A stretch of DNA of 64,000 bases from Octopus sinensis. Taxonomy: Eukaryota. Location: the NCBI RefSeq assembly GCF_006345805.1, contig NW_021834786.1, forward strand, positions 1 to 64,000, written 5' to 3'. Within the stretch, counting starts at the first letter, position 1. The number at the start of each line of letters is the position of its first letter. The notes below the pieces were generated by a model. The model saw nothing but the letters and a program-made list of their open reading frames with translations, searched no databases and was not told where the DNA came from. Below, piece after piece: positions 10,810 through 24,742 of the stretch. The translations under genes were made by a program, and so were the position numbers.

Positions 10810-11185
10810 TGGGACTCCTCCTGGGGATCTCTGGAGTAACGTTACTCGACAGGGTGCATAGCCTCGAGATCAGGAAACCTCTCCAGATCGAGTTACTCGT
10901 GTTCCACACTGAGAAGTCACAGGCTCGGTTCTACGGACATGTGATTAGAATGTTGCAGGAAAGATTTGTATGACGGATTCTTCAAGCCGAGCCAACCAGC
11001 AGGAGGCTTGGGGTAGGCCGAGAGCGAGATGGTTGTATAATATCCATACTTTCAGTTGATCACGCTTGGGGATCCAGCCGCTAAGTCTAATGACGATTGC
11101 TTCTGATAAGACCTTATGGAGAAGGTGCGTGGGGACTTTAACCCCATGATCTTCTCAGAAAAAAAGGGAGCCGAGAAGGGATGAA
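10810..11185 (+). mobile_element. RTE-clade LINE 3' fragment
   Basis: LRRILGISG..DRVHS.EIR..LRFYGHVIRM..R..GRPRARW-like decayed motifs. Confidence 0.65.
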
Positions 11186-12561
11186 TTAATGTTTTTATTA
11201 TACAATGCGACGTATGTAAGCGTTTTTTTAGAAAAAGAAAAAATTATTTTAACACTTGAAATAGAGTTTTTACCCCAAAATACTCGCATTGAGATAAATT
11301 CCTAATGTTTGGACTTTCAAAAGAAAAGAAATAAGGTTTTTGTTTATTTTTCAACAAGATTTCTTTTTTCTCGCGCTACTGACAGAAAAGAGTAAAAGGA
11401 AAATAGTCTTGAAAATTTTACACCATGTCTCCAAAAACAAAACTGAAAATGTACAAAACAATACATTGCACATACAGAATAGAAACCCTTCAGAATGCTG
11501 AATTAATTGAAGCGCAAAGTAGTAATTGTAGACACGAACTAAAAGAAAACAGATATGTTGACTCCACCGATTAGAATTTTTGCCAACAGCAACAAATACG
11601 TGCACTTAGGATGTAAACACGAATAAGTAAAACATGTCTTTTGCTTGTGTTCTTTTGAAGAGGAAACTTTTAGTATAGAACATTTTGTTGAAAGATTGAA
11701 AGCCTTCTAGTATTTTGTTCACCGAACTGTGGCAAGCCTTCCGCAAATCCATGTCAGTGAGGTAGAAAGCAATGTATCTCTTACCAAAAATATAGTTGAT
11801 TTTCTTGTCCTATTCAACTATGATTTGGAGGTAGCCTTGGCATATATTTCATGTGAGCTAATATTCATTTTTAAAACAGAAGGGGTGATAGTACAAAACC
11901 AAATACAAAGCGACGCACCTGCCTATAAGCTGGAGAAACAAGAGTAGATTCAGTGTCAGGGTTATCGGTGAAATGTCACATCTGATTTAATAATCTGCTC
12001 AAATTGTGTCACATTCGCGGTACAATAAGAGCAGGTAGTCAGTGCAGATATGACATTCTGCGGTATGTGGTCAGGTTCCATCGCTGCGGAAATTCAACTC
12101 ATTATGATCCAGCAAAACCACAAAACAATTTCAGAGCTGTGAAATGTACAAAGTGCTATGAAAACCTTAAAGCTCCGCATTCAAGGTAGATGACTTTGTG
12201 TTACAGGTATGGAAGCAAGACCCATTTGTCTGCACAGCAATCCAAAAGAACTGAAGTAAGAAGAACAACAAAACATGGAGATTGTTGGCCGAATGGATTC
12301 TCCGAATTTTCGGAATGAAGGAATAGGAAACCATGATGGTCTTCTGGATAAGCCCTCGGCCACTTAGACTACTGCCCCCAAGTATAAAATTATATACAAA
12401 GAAAATAACCTCAATGTAACCTGTCAGCTACTGAAAAAGGCTGAAAAAGTGAAGATTCTACTCCCTAGAACGAAAGCGGGAAGATATGCAGTGATATACA
12501 TCTGAAAAATCCTGGAAGGACTTTTACCAAACTTTGGCATAGAAAATTGCGCAAACACCAC

Positions 12562-12903
12562 CGCTCATATCTCTCTGAGACATTTAGAAATTCAATATTT
12601 CTAATTTCGGTGACCAGTGAATAGATTTCACTGAAAATATATATATTTGCGAAGCCTTGGCAGGCATCTCAACTAGCAGGACTGGCTACCCTGGACTGAT
12701 GACGAGCAAAGACTCAGAAACATGCATGTCTCTAGGTGCTAGCTCTAGCTGGTGATGGTGCTTGCCTCCCCTTCGCAAATATAAGGACACAGGAAACGTG
12801 TCCCTGTAATTCCCTTTACGGGACTGTCACGTTATGTTGACAGTATACAACCACTCTATCGCTCATGTCTCTTTCAGACATTTAGAAATTCAATATTTCT
12901 AAT
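12562..12903 (+). mobile_element. Retrozyme-like unit (298-nt period) containing a hammerhead ribozyme
   Basis: 44-nt direct repeats at 12562-12605 and 12860-12903 (41/44 identical). The interior folds into nested helices with a hammerhead at the apex. A partial second copy lies at 63342-63428. Confidence 0.7.
12690..12736 (+). ncRNA. Type I hammerhead ribozyme motif
   Basis: CCUGGA-CUGAUGA-C-GAG-CAAAGA-CUC-A-GAAAC-AUGCAU-GUC-UCUAGG. Stem I is 6 bp, the core is intact, stem III is palindromic and the cleavage triplet is GUC. There is a C/A mismatch at the base of stem II. Confidence 0.75.
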
Positions 12904-12918
12904 ATATATATACATACA

Positions 12919-12958
<40 letters not shown>

Positions 12959-13659
12959 TTAAATAAAATGAGACAACAAAGCCAAGGCTGTGTGGAATTT
13001 TGTACAGCTGTATCTGGGATATTAGGGATATCCCTTCATCAGAGAAGATGTGAAAGGGCTAAATAGAGGCAAACAGTAGAGTTCAATATAAGGAGTTATT
13101 TTGAAAAAGGATAGAAATAAGAAGTATAAAAAGAAATAAGAGAATAACAGTAAAAATAAAAATATATGTAGGATGCTATAGTTGCAGTTCCATTATCCAA
13201 AGAAAGCAGTGTGTAGAAATGGTAGAAATGCTTCTTGTTCGTGGTATGTAAATTCCGATAAGAGTTCATATTTTGTTATTACAAATGGAAAGTGTAGAGA
13301 CGAAGATTCCATGTGCTGCTCATTCAAAGGGGTCATGTGGTGTGAATGAAATTTTGAGAAAGTAGTGATAGTATTCAGTAGATAGAGAGAAGAGAATATA
13401 CATGTATGTTAAAATGAGGAGAATGGTCAAAAGGAATAGGTGAGGAAAGAAGAAAGAAAGAAAAGAAGAAAGAAGAAGATAAAATGAAAAAGGAATGTTT
13501 GATGGTGGTCAAGATATTATGAGGAGGTTGGAAGGGGAGTCGAAGAGGGATAGGAAGATATAAGAATGTAAGGATTGAATATGTGTGAGGAGTGGGAGGT
13601 GGGGTGATATGTTTGAAAGGCACTGAGATGGAGGGATGGGTACAGAAAACGGTACTGAA

Positions 13660-14740
13660 TATATAGAGCCGGGCGTAAGTCTGTTAATCTGTTAATCGTT
13701 AATTAACGAAGTTAACATTTTCGTCAACGACTTAAATTTAAAGGTAACTTTGAAAATCGTTATTGGACTAATTAACTTCCGTTACATTTAGCTTCTGTTA
13801 AGTCCGTTAACGCAAAAATTTTATAAAAACCGGTGAACATTTAAAAGTTTCTATTATTTTCAGATTTTCATAGCACATTTAATATTGTACGCGTCATTCT
13901 TTCAACCCCAATATAATGCCACTTATTATTATAAATAACTCGTTTGGCCCTGCCTTGCTTTGAAACCAAATCCACCCGCTTGTTGCTTGCAAAGAGAGCG
14001 GAAAGTTTCTTTGTCCTGTCATGAGGGAAGAGTGATTGATGTGCTTCCACTTGATCCAGGACCTCGCTGAGGTGGATGTCAACAGAAAAAATATTGATTC
14101 CATAAAGTGGAAAAAATAAATGGAAGGAAAACTTTGGTAAATATTTTAGTATGAACGCAAACAGCTGTTACGTGGTAGCAGGGCATGCTAGAAATTGCAG
14201 CCAAACCTTTCCTTTCTTGGAAAAAGGAGCCGTTTACGCGTGATTTCGATGTCATATTCGTTGAAAGCATGCAAAATAACCTGAAAAATAAAAAAGACCC
14301 GCGAAACAAAACTCACTTGGTGGGAAACTTTGAGATCTTCGCCACCCCTCCCACCTTTTCCGGAAAAAAGTGACTTGCGACATGTTTGGAAGTCAGATAC
14401 GTTGAATGCACCTGAAAAAACTGTGGAAAGAAATTATTCCACACATAGGTACGAAATGTTTACCGAAAGAATAAAATCTTGTACTGATTATACCTATATT
14501 TAATTAAGTTCATCGTGAAAAGTGGCAAAATTCTTGCCGGATGCCATCTGAGATAATTTTAGAAACAAATCAAACAAGTAAGATGCATTAAGAATTTCAA
14601 TGTTATTGCTTTTACACCTGTTAATTAAAATTACCTGCGCATGAAAGTCAAATTTACGTAGTAATATCAGCTAAAATTACATAAATATAAACCAGTGGTA
14701 TATAAAGCACCCACTGGAAAAATTTCAAATCTGTATGTAA
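13660..14740. mobile_element. Possible decayed hAT-like DNA transposon
   Basis: TAGAGCCGGG terminus with GTTAAC-rich subterminal repeats and a weak BED-like remnant on the - strand. Confidence 0.35.
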
Positions 14741-14868
14741 AAAATTTACTGTTACAAGCAAATATTGTGGACACCCCTCTTGAACCTGAATAATTCAAAA
14801 TAACGTGAATAAGCATTACATTTGACAGATTAATATAAGCACTAAAGATGCATTTTTTTCTTACACAT

Positions 14869-15272
14869 AGGCGCAGGAGTGGCTGTGTGGTAGTAGCTTG
14901 CTAACCAACCGCATGGTTCCGGGTTCAGTCCCACTGCGTGGCATCTTGAGCAAGTGTCTTCTACTATAGCCTCAGGCCAACCAAAGCCTTGTGAGTGGAT
15001 TTGGTAGACGGAAACTGAAAGAATCCCGTCGTATATATGTATATATATATATATGTGTGTGTTTGTGTGTCTGTGTTTGACCCCCTAGCATTGTTTGACA
15101 ACCGATGCTGGTGTGTTTACGTCCCCGTCACTTAGCGGTTCAGCAAAAGAGACCGATAGAATAAGTACTGGGCTTAGAAAGAATAAGTCCCGGGGTCGAT
15201 TTGCTCGACTAAAGGCGGTGCGCCAGCATGGCCGCAGTCAAATGACTGAAACAAGTAAAAGAGTAAAAAGAG
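14869..15272 (+). mobile_element. CORE-like tRNA-derived SINE (second family)
   Basis: GGCTGTGTGG..GGGTTCAGTCCC head, GGCATCTTGAGCAAGTG core, internal (TA)/(TG), tail ..GACTGAAACAAGTAAAAGAGT. Other copies at 17385-17845(-), 44080-44720(-), 61815-62200(-) and 63100-63298(-). Confidence 0.85.
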
Positions 15273-15751
15273 TATACGCATAACATGGTCTCACTCGGTT
15301 GGGACTACACATGTGTTACTTTGACATCTTTCCATAAATTTTGTTTATAGGGAGAAAAATATTGAAAATATCAATAGATGCGTGAGTGAGAAAGAAACGA
15401 GGAGGAAGGTTGTTCAGGAAGATATTGATCTTTTCCAGAGTACTTAGAGATTCTGTCCAGATTAAAAGCAGTCGTCATGTTATCTCTTTCATGCCTTTTC
15501 AATATACTTTCTAAATGCAGTGCTATAGCTTTCCTCTACATCGACTTCCTGTCCTATCTTTCCCAAACCTCAGAAACGAATTCATTTTTACTTCGTTTTG
15601 ATGTAGTAAGCCTCTACAGAAATATTCCATATGATTTTGGAATAAAGACGATTATATACGGGCAGATAGAGAAGTAGTATATATATGCGCGCGCACACAA
15701 CACACACATGTTCTAGTCTGTGTTAACATCCCCCTTTTTGCTTCATTGCAG

Positions 15752-15847
15752 ATATATTTGGTTGGATATCGTTGGTATTATACTATTTGGGTATTTCTAT
15801 AATCTGTCATCCGTGATAATATATAAGTTGCTTTGTGAGTATGTTTG
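15752..15847 (+). CDS. SLC18B1-like gene 1 exon (96 nt)
   Basis: cattgcag|...|gtaagt. YIWLDIVGIILFGYFYNLSSVIIYKLLCEYV resembles QLWLLVLILVVSGLSAGMSIIPTFPEILSCA; phase 2/2 fits both neighbours. Confidence 0.8.
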
Positions 15848-15911
15848 GTAAGTAAAATTATCTCCCTCCTCTTGCTTCTTTCTTTTTCTTTCCTTTTCTT
15901 TCTCCTTGTCA

Positions 15912-15978
<67 letters not shown>

Positions 15979-16071
15979 TATATATATACACGCACACATA
16001 TATATATTTATACACACACATACACACACACACATATATATTTATACACACACATGGAAGAAATACAAGCA

Positions 16072-16778
16072 AGCAAAATAATATTCTTAAGATTATAAAA
16101 CTGGAAAAGTACAGGACAAGATATTACATCTGGTAAAGTACATAACAAGAAAACTTTTACTTAAAATATTGCAGCTAAGGATAAAATTTGTATACTAAAG
16201 ACTATTTAATTTTCATTTACAAAGTAACATTATAATTAAAAAAGGTATCATCATTTTGTTAAAATATTGACACACTTGAATACTTAAAAGATAAGAGCCA
16301 AAAGTACAATTATAGCTAAAGTTTTATGCAAAGTAGAATAGTATATATGGTAGACAAATTCATTGAGTCAAGACTAAACATGGGAAGACGTGGTAATAAC
16401 TTAGGCAACAACTCAAGCAAATTTTATTGTTATAGGTAGATTTTACTGTAATATATAACCAATTTTTGTATTATTCTATTTATTGCGCTAATTATGTACT
16501 ACTATATTTTATGGCCTATTTTCAAGTTTCTAATTATTAATTAATAAGTGCAAAAAATATTTTAAGTTATTTTTTTAATTTTTAATAGAAGTAGCAAGTA
16601 ATTACAAATAGAGGTAGTGACTTGTAATAAAATTTTTAGTTTTAATAAAAGCTAATATTTTCTAAATCTAAATATTTTATTTGAAATTTTATTATCAGCT
16701 GCAACATTTTCCGAGTGTAATAACTTGTCCTGTACTTTTCCAGTTTTATAATCTTAAGAATATTATTTCTCTTGCTCC
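16072..16778. mobile_element. AT-rich MITE with ~60-bp TIRs
   Basis: AAATAATATTCTTAAGATTATAAAACTGGAAAAGTACAGGACAAG near 16075 is inverted near 16720-16772. Confidence 0.7.
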
Positions 16779-17242
16779 ATGTAATCCATGTTTTTCCCAG
16801 TCTATGCTATTATGCTAATTAATAATGTGTCAACTAATAATATAAGATTTTACCTTATTGAAAAGTGTCTATCATTTAAGTTTAATTAGAATTAGTTTAT
16901 TTTTTGAAATAAAATTTTAATTATACTTAAATTCATTTTCTTTTTACTTATATTTTTTCATGATATTTTACCTCACAACTTTTTTATACTAATTTTTGTT
17001 GCATGGGATCAAAACTATAACATTCCACATGCTTTCTTCTATCATTCAAGCTAAGATAAATGTATTTTGCTTTTAAAATAAAAAAAGTTATTTAGATCTA
17101 AACTTGATTAGAGGTGTTACATACAGGGACCAGTCCTCTTCAAAAATGTTAACAGTTTTTAATTTGGTTTAGAACTGAATTAGCGACAAAGCTCTGAAAG
17201 ATGGTGCGTGTGAATAAATTGCGGTCTTAAGCCGTAGTTGAA

Positions 17243-17367
<125 letters not shown>

Positions 17368-17595
17368 TGGATATATTGTATTTTGGAACACTCTTTTACT
17401 TGTTTCAGTCATTTGACTGTGGCCATCCAGGAGCATCGCCTTTAGTCGAGCAAGTCACCCCCAAGACTTATTCTTGTAAGCCTAGTACTTATTCTATCGG
17501 TCTCTTTTGCCGAACCGCTAAGTTACGGGAACGTAAACACACAAGCATCGGTTGTCAAGCGATGTTGAGGGGACAAACACAGACACACAACATAT

Positions 17596-17668
<73 letters not shown>

Positions 17669-18351
17669 ATATACATATATACGACGGGCTTCTTTCAGTT
17701 TCCGTCTGCCAAATCCACTCATAAGGCTTTGGTTGGCCCGAGGCTATAGTAGAAGACACTTGCCCAAAGTGCTACGTAGTGGTACTGAACCCGGAACCAT
17801 GTGGCTGGTAAGCAAGCTACTTATCACACAGCCACTCCTGCGCCTTGGTAATTTTTGTTTTGCAAAATAAACACATGCACTATATTCGTCCTTCACTCGT
17901 TTATTGCTGTTCTTTTTCCATTGTCCGGAAATCTTTCGTCATACATCTGTGACCACTTCAGCGACACTTTCCGTTTTCGTGTGTGCTCTTGCTCTACTTA
18001 TTTCAGTCTCTTGTTCTATGATGTGTATCTTTATATGCACATGCGGTTGCTTCTGTGTTTGTGTATGTGTGTGTATGTGTGTGTATGTGTGTGTGCATGT
18101 GTATGTGCAAGTGCGTATGTGTATACAAGTGTGTCATTGTTCTTAGTGGAACAATGACCTTCCCCTCAACCCCTCTCCCCCGTTGTCACCCCTACAACTA
18201 CTATCATTGTTAGTCGTGTTGCTGTTACTGCTATGGCCGTCTGTGAAGTTACTGTGTGTGTTTGTGTGTATATGGGTTCGTTTCCTATGTAGTTTGTATC
18301 CATGACCTTTAAAAAGATTTTTTTTATTTATCTCTGTTTCTTATATTTATC

Positions 18352-18930
18352 ACAGGTATGTGATAAATATATTTATTTATTTCTATTTTTATTTATCTAT
18401 CTCTATTTCTTATATGCATCATAGGTATGTGCATATATGTCTGCTGTGTGTTTATTATGTTGTTTGAATCTGTTTTATTTTTTATTAATTTATTTTTCTC
18501 TCTCTCTTTTCCTTCCTTCTGTCTTTAGTCGTTATATTGTGTGGTATAGTGGTGGGTGTCCGTGCTCTACCAACATGCTCGAGCAGAACATAGAGGTTCG
18601 ATTAATAGCATAGAGGTTAAGGAATTATCGATGCATAGAACTGACACGACACTTAGACAGATCACAGAGGCTACTCACATAACAATAGACAGAAAGAGCC
18701 TCAACAGAAGACACGAATAGAAAAATAACATCCACCACAACACCACACAACATGACGACTAAAGACAGAAGGAAGGAGAAATGAGAGGGAAAAATAAATA
18801 AGCAAAAATAAAACAGATACAAACGGGGTAACACACACACAATAGACATATTTGCACATACCTATGATACACATAAGAAATAGAGATAGATAAATAAAAA
18901 TGAAAATAAATATATTTATCACATACCTAT
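18352..18930. repeat. Inverted repeat, ~210-bp arms and ~165-bp spacer (foldback/MITE)
   Basis: 18352-18560 is a diverged reverse complement of 18725-18930. Confidence 0.7.
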
Positions 18931-19169
18931 GTTAGTATAGGGTATTTCAATGAAAGAGGTATGTTCATAAGAGCTTTTTACAGTTGGAGAACCAAAACTT
19001 TCCCGAATTACTAGCATCCATTGGGCAGATACTTAACCCGTGTTTCAAAAGTGTAAAACAGATAAGTGATAAATGTCCTCCAGATAGAATACTGATTTAT
19101 AGCTAATATTGTGCCATGCTAGGAACCGATCACAGAATCACAAATCAACAAATATTTTATCAATTCTGA

Positions 19170-22100
19170 TGTAGGGTACTGCCCAAAGATCTATGAAAGA
19201 TGAAATGTAGACAGGAACTTCGCTGCGGGCTAGCTGGCGAAGTTGACTTCCGGTTATGCAGGCTTTCTACTAAGCAGGAGTTGACTGGCGGCTATCGCTC
19301 TCCTCATGTATTTAACTCAATAAATCTTTCCTTATTACATTGTGGGTCTTATCTAATTTTTTTTGTGTATAGCTTAAATAAAGCTATAACTGGTGACCCC
19401 TCGAAAGAACAACAGCTTTTGCTTCGCACATCGAAGTCAATAGAAAATCAAAGAAACATAGCAAGAGATCACACAACTGTACTGAAGCTACCACAGTTCT
19501 GGTTGAAGAGATCTGAGCTATGGTTTGTGCAGGCTGAAGTGCAACTTAACGTACGCAATAAAACTCCAAACCTAACAAAATATTCGTGTGTAGTAGCGGC
19601 ACTAGGTGAAGACACGGCCACGAAGGTGCTGGACATTTTAACACAACCCCCAGCAACGCACAAATACACTACGTTAAAAGACAGCCTGATGGATACATTC
19701 CGTTGGAGCGAACGGGAAGCGGCATCAAGATACTAAAGGAAGAATTAGGCGATTCCATACCTTCGGAGTTGATAGACATGATGTTGGCATTAGTTCCCCC
19801 TGATGAATCACTTTCCTTTTTATTTTGGGAAATATTCCTAGGCAAGTTACCACTCTAGATCCAGACCCTCATAACTCAGACCGAGATCAAGGACTTGCGG
19901 CAGTTTGTGAAAGCAGCCAACAAACATTTTTTTATCTAGTAGTGTTATAGTCAACGCAATTGGGTCTGTCCTGAGACATGGTAGAGTTAAACAAGACGAC
20001 CTGTGCTTCCACCACACAAAGTTCGGCAAAAAGTCTACGAAATGCAAACAACCATGTTGCTTCAGGACTCCTTGGCCATCGGCCCCAGGAAAATCCAGGG
20101 CCGACCGCCACTGAATACCCTGGTGGCCGGCAGACATGATCACCTGCTCCTCTATGTCTGAGATCGGACCTTCGGACGTAGGTTCTTAATCGACACAGGA
20201 GCAGAAGTCAGCTTGATCCCTTCGTCGGCAAGAGACCTCCGTTACTGAAAGCAACAGTCAACCTTTAACGGCCGTCAGTGGCCCCACAATCGAGGCGTTC
20301 GGTTGCCGCATCAATTCTCTCAACATCGACTCACAAAATACACATGGGCATTCACCATCGCCGATGTCCATCAGCCCATTATCGGGGCAGACTTTCTTCG
20401 AGCATACTTGCAACTGGTTGATTTGCAGGGGAGACGACTCATCAACAACAACACATATGCCTCCGTGTCTCTGGCAACATCTGCACATGCTGCCTCCCGC
20501 ATAGCAACGGTCTCTCAGACCTAGAATGAATTCTCGAGTCTCCTTTCGAGTCGCCCCACGCCGACATTCTCCAAACTTACAACCTGCTATGGAGTAACAC
20601 ACCACATCCCCATCACTGGCCCTCCAGTATACAGCCATGAACGTCCTCTACCACTAGACGAATTGCTATTGCAAAGGCTGAGTTTGGTAATATAGAGGCG
20701 TTGGGCATAGTTCGTCGATCAAGCAGTCCCTGGTCGTCACCCCTTCATGTGGCACCAAAACCCAATCGAGGTTTGCAACCTTGCGGAGATTACTGGTATC
20801 TCAATGCAAATCCTTTTTAGCACGTACAGGACTTCTCAGCCCAGTTAGCCAGGTGCTCGGTTTTCTCGAAGGCCGATTTATTCCGTGGTTACCAGTACAA
20901 GACGATGATGTACCGTAAGTCGCAGTAACCACTCGTTACGGGCAGTATGATTTTCTACGTACACCCTTTGCTCTGAAAAACGTGGTACAATCCTTCCAAC
21001 GCTTTATGGACACCACGTGCAGGGTCTTGACTTTGACTTTGCATATTTAGATGATATCCTTATCGCAAGCCAAAATGCGAAGCTACACAAGAAGCGCCGA
21101 GTTACTGTTTTTGATAGACTTTGACAGTATGGTCTAGTAATCAACCCCGCCAAGTGAGTTTTTGGTGTTACAGAAATTGACTTCCTGGAACACTGAATCA
21201 CAGGCGCTGGTTCTACGTCCTTGCCAGAAAAAGGAAAGCTATCATATCCATTTCACGCTCCTCCACAAGCAAAGCTGTACACCAATTTCTGGCCATGGTA
21301 AACTTTTACCATGCCTCATCCCTTCTGCAGCAAGAGGAATGAGATCCTATACAAGGCACTGTCAAAAGATGGTTCGAAAAGATAGGTGGAGTGGGATGGT
21401 GCAATGACCCCAGCCTTCAAATTCACTAAACAAGCTCTGGCTAAAGCAATCATGCTGTCCCATCCACATATGTCATGTTTGACTACACTCACAGTCAATA
21501 CCTCCGACACATCCACTGGGGGCATTTTGGTCAGTGGCGACCACTTGCCTTCTTCAGTCAACAACTACGACCTGCTGGCTGTCTATCTAGGTGTCTGCCA
21601 CTTTTGCTATTTTCTTGAAGACCGTAGGTTTGCAGTGTTCACGTTGCAACCCGACAGATGACGATAGTAGGACCTACCGCACTGCTATCGCGTCACTTTC
21701 CTTGCAGGATGTGCATTTGGCTCCAGTGGCATAATCCTGCTGTGTCATGTAACCACTGGGAAGCTACGATTGATCGTCCCATCAGCCTGGCGCAAGAAAG
21801 TTTTCGACGTCATTCATGGACTGTACCATCCGGGTAATAGAGCCACACGGCACCTGCTGTCGAGCAAATTTATCTGGCACGGTATGGCCAAACAAACTGG
21901 GGAGTGGACCAAGACCTGCATCCACTGTCGATAAGCCAATGTTCATTAGCACACTAAAGCACCTCTCGGTAACTATGAATCACCAAAGACCCGATTTAGC
22001 TACGTTAGCATTGACCTTGTCGGCCGCAACATGGAAACACAAGAAGTCAGCCGAGCCTTCATCACAAACTGAGTTGCCCCTTTCGGTGTCCCAGACAGCA

Positions 22101-23044
22101 TTTTATCCGATCGGGGTCCACAATTCACCCCAAAGCTGTTGAATGACATGTGCGATCTTTTTGGAATCACAATGAAGCGTATAACAGCCTACCATCCACA
22201 GGCCAACGGGTTAGTGGAGAGATTTCATTGCCGCCTGAAGGAATCCCTGACAACCAGACTTAACGGGTCCATTTGGCTTGATCAACTTCCATGGGTGATG
22301 CTGGGAAATCGCACCGCCCCAAAGGAAAATCTCAACACTTCTTCCGCGGAAATGGTGTATAGTGCCCCTCTTACAGTGTTAGGAGAGTTCCTTCCGAACC
22401 TGAAATCAGACCCGGATGTCAAAAGATACCTCGCGCAACAGAGAGAGTGTGGGCCAGTTGCGCCCTATTCTCATGTTGCACCTAGATCATCCGTATCAAA
22501 CGACCTCTGCACAGATAACTTCGTGTTCGTTCGACGTGAAAACCTCTCCAGTCACCTTACGATGACCCATTGAAAATCATATGTTCAGGAGACAGATCAT
22601 TCCAAATCTTAGTTGGCGGACAACAAGGCGCAGCTTCGATCGAAATGTTGAAGACGGCCCATCTTGATAATGATAGCTCCGTCCAAGTAGCTCGACCACC
22701 AAACAGGAGCCGCCCCAAGCAAATCACACCAACCCTCGACAAGGAACAATCACCAAAGAGCCGTGTAACCACACACATGGGCAGGGCAGTTAAAACGCCT
22801 TCTCGGTTCCAATGACAGACAACAGTTCTGGAGAGCGGGGAGCTATATGTAGGCCCAAGAATTTAACACATGGAATGTAGACAGGAACTTCGCTGCGGGC
22901 TAGCTAGGGAGATGGTCTGCGGCTAATTTGACATCCGGTTAAGCGGACTTTCTGCTAAGCAGGAGTTGACTGGCGGCTATCGCTCTCATGTATTTAACTG
23001 AATAAATCTGGGTCTCCGTTAATATTTTTGCGTATGGCTATACA
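19170..23044 (+). mobile_element. Decayed Ty3/Gypsy LTR retrotransposon, CsRn1-type
   Basis: LTRs at 19170-19390 and 22848-23044. PBS TGGTGACCCC at 19391 (tRNA-Trp-like) and PPT GGAGAGCGGGG. Gag KLPQFW..WFVQAEVQL and Cx2Hx9Cx3C motif (CFHHTKFGKKSTKCKQPC). Protease FLIDTGA, RT AYLDDIL, integrase YHPQANGLVERFH. Many stops and frameshifts; no TSD recognised. Confidence 0.9.
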
Positions 23045-23850
23045 CAAACTAAACTGCTGTACTTTCACAGCCAACACTGGAGAATGTTGTACTAAACAGT
23101 GATAGCTATTTACCCAACTGAATTAGAGATGAGTGTATTGACAAGAGTCAACACCTCTAGTAATCAAATACTAACCTATGACCTCTTGGCAGATAATCCA
23201 ATATCCTTCTGCCGAGATAATCTACATCTCTCACTTGGCATATAAACCAAAACCTATTGGAGACTGGCATCCTGATCAGGAGGAGTTATGTTCAGTAAGA
23301 TGATCTGCAGAATACTATGTTTTATTCTGGAAACAAAAGAACGGATCAAAGGAAGACGAAAAATGAAGTTAATTAGAATAGGCTGTCGAAAATCCTAGAA
23401 ATACAGTTCGTCTATTTTTTATGTTTTTTAGTCGGGAGGGAAGGTTTTTCCCATGACTCATTACAGGGCCTCCGAGAGACTTGTAAGAGGGAGGAAGTTA
23501 TTCTCTGAGTGGAAATCTGTTCCTACTGCTTGCAGCTGAGTGAACTATGCTAAAGCCGCTAAAGGAAACTCAAGGTACCACGTTGTGGTGTTAACCTGGG
23601 TCAGCCATCTGTGTAAGCCATGATATTTGAACTTAGGACATAACTAGCCGGAACAAATGAAACTACAGATTTATAAGGTTAAGGTGGTCAGATAATTTTG
23701 TAGGGATACAGCAAGGAGATGAAAACTAGCGATTGCGGGCTCTAATTTTAGTCACTTTAAGACAACATTGTATTTAAAAGGTATTTATCAGACATTGCAT
23801 TACAGTTCAGTTTACATCTTTGACAAATTGTATTTGTGTTTGATTTTTAG

Positions 23851-23925
23851 TGGCGATAAAACGGAGCAAACTTTACATGAATCCAGTACAATAAGCAGCA
23901 CTTTCAACACGAGTGTATATTTTGG
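23851..23925 (+). CDS. SLC18B1-like gene 1 exon (75 nt)
   Basis: atttttag|...|gtaagt. GDKTEQTLHESSTISSTFNTSVYFG resembles NGFEEGLSTLGLVSGLFSAMWSIG; phase 2/2. Confidence 0.8.
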
Positions 23926-24456
23926 GTAAGTATTAAAATATTTATATTTACTGCGCAAAAAACCTCTTGGACACTGTTCTTGATCGTCCCTTATATTAGA
24001 TGATGTTGTCGATGATTGTGTTAACAGCACTAACACCATAAAGAAATAGGTATGAGATAAGGATATGCCTCACCACATGTCTGGGAATTGACAATATGAA
24101 CAGCATATGATGGAACTTTAGTTTACAGATTGACAAGCAGATACAAAAACATCTTGTAATAATTTTGCTTGTCATTACGTTACTTAACCCGTCGGCAACG
24201 CTTTTATGTGATTAGAGAAAAAATGGAGAAAGAAAAGAGCAAGAGAAGAAAAGAGGATAAGGTGAAGAGTGAGGCAGAAAGAGAAAGAAAGAAAAGAGGG
24301 AGAGAGAAAAGATGGTGAGATAAGCGTTCATGTCATGAGGTAGGGTGAATGTAATATTTATTACGTGGTTAAAAATGTTGAAGGTAGTGATGATATAGAG
24401 CAGAGTTAAAAATACAGTTTTAGCAATGGGATGAGGTTCTGATGGTGAGATTAAAG

Positions 24457-24512
<56 letters not shown>

Positions 24513-24706
24513 GAAGGAGAAAGAGAGAGAGAGAGGAAGGAGAAAGAGAGAGAAAGACAGTCAGACAGAGACAGAGAGAAACAGAGAGAGAGAGAGAGGC
24601 AGACAGAGACAGAGAGCAGGGGAGAAAGAGAAAAAATAGCAAATGAGCTACTTTTGATACAGACACAATTAGTCTACGCTTTCAGTTTTTCAGGTGAGAT
24701 TAAAGA

Positions 24707-24742
<36 letters not shown>

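Noticed and set aside
11400-12360. Cys-rich, possibly piggyBac-like remnant
   Set aside because: Too decayed to assign; no TIR or catalytic motif.
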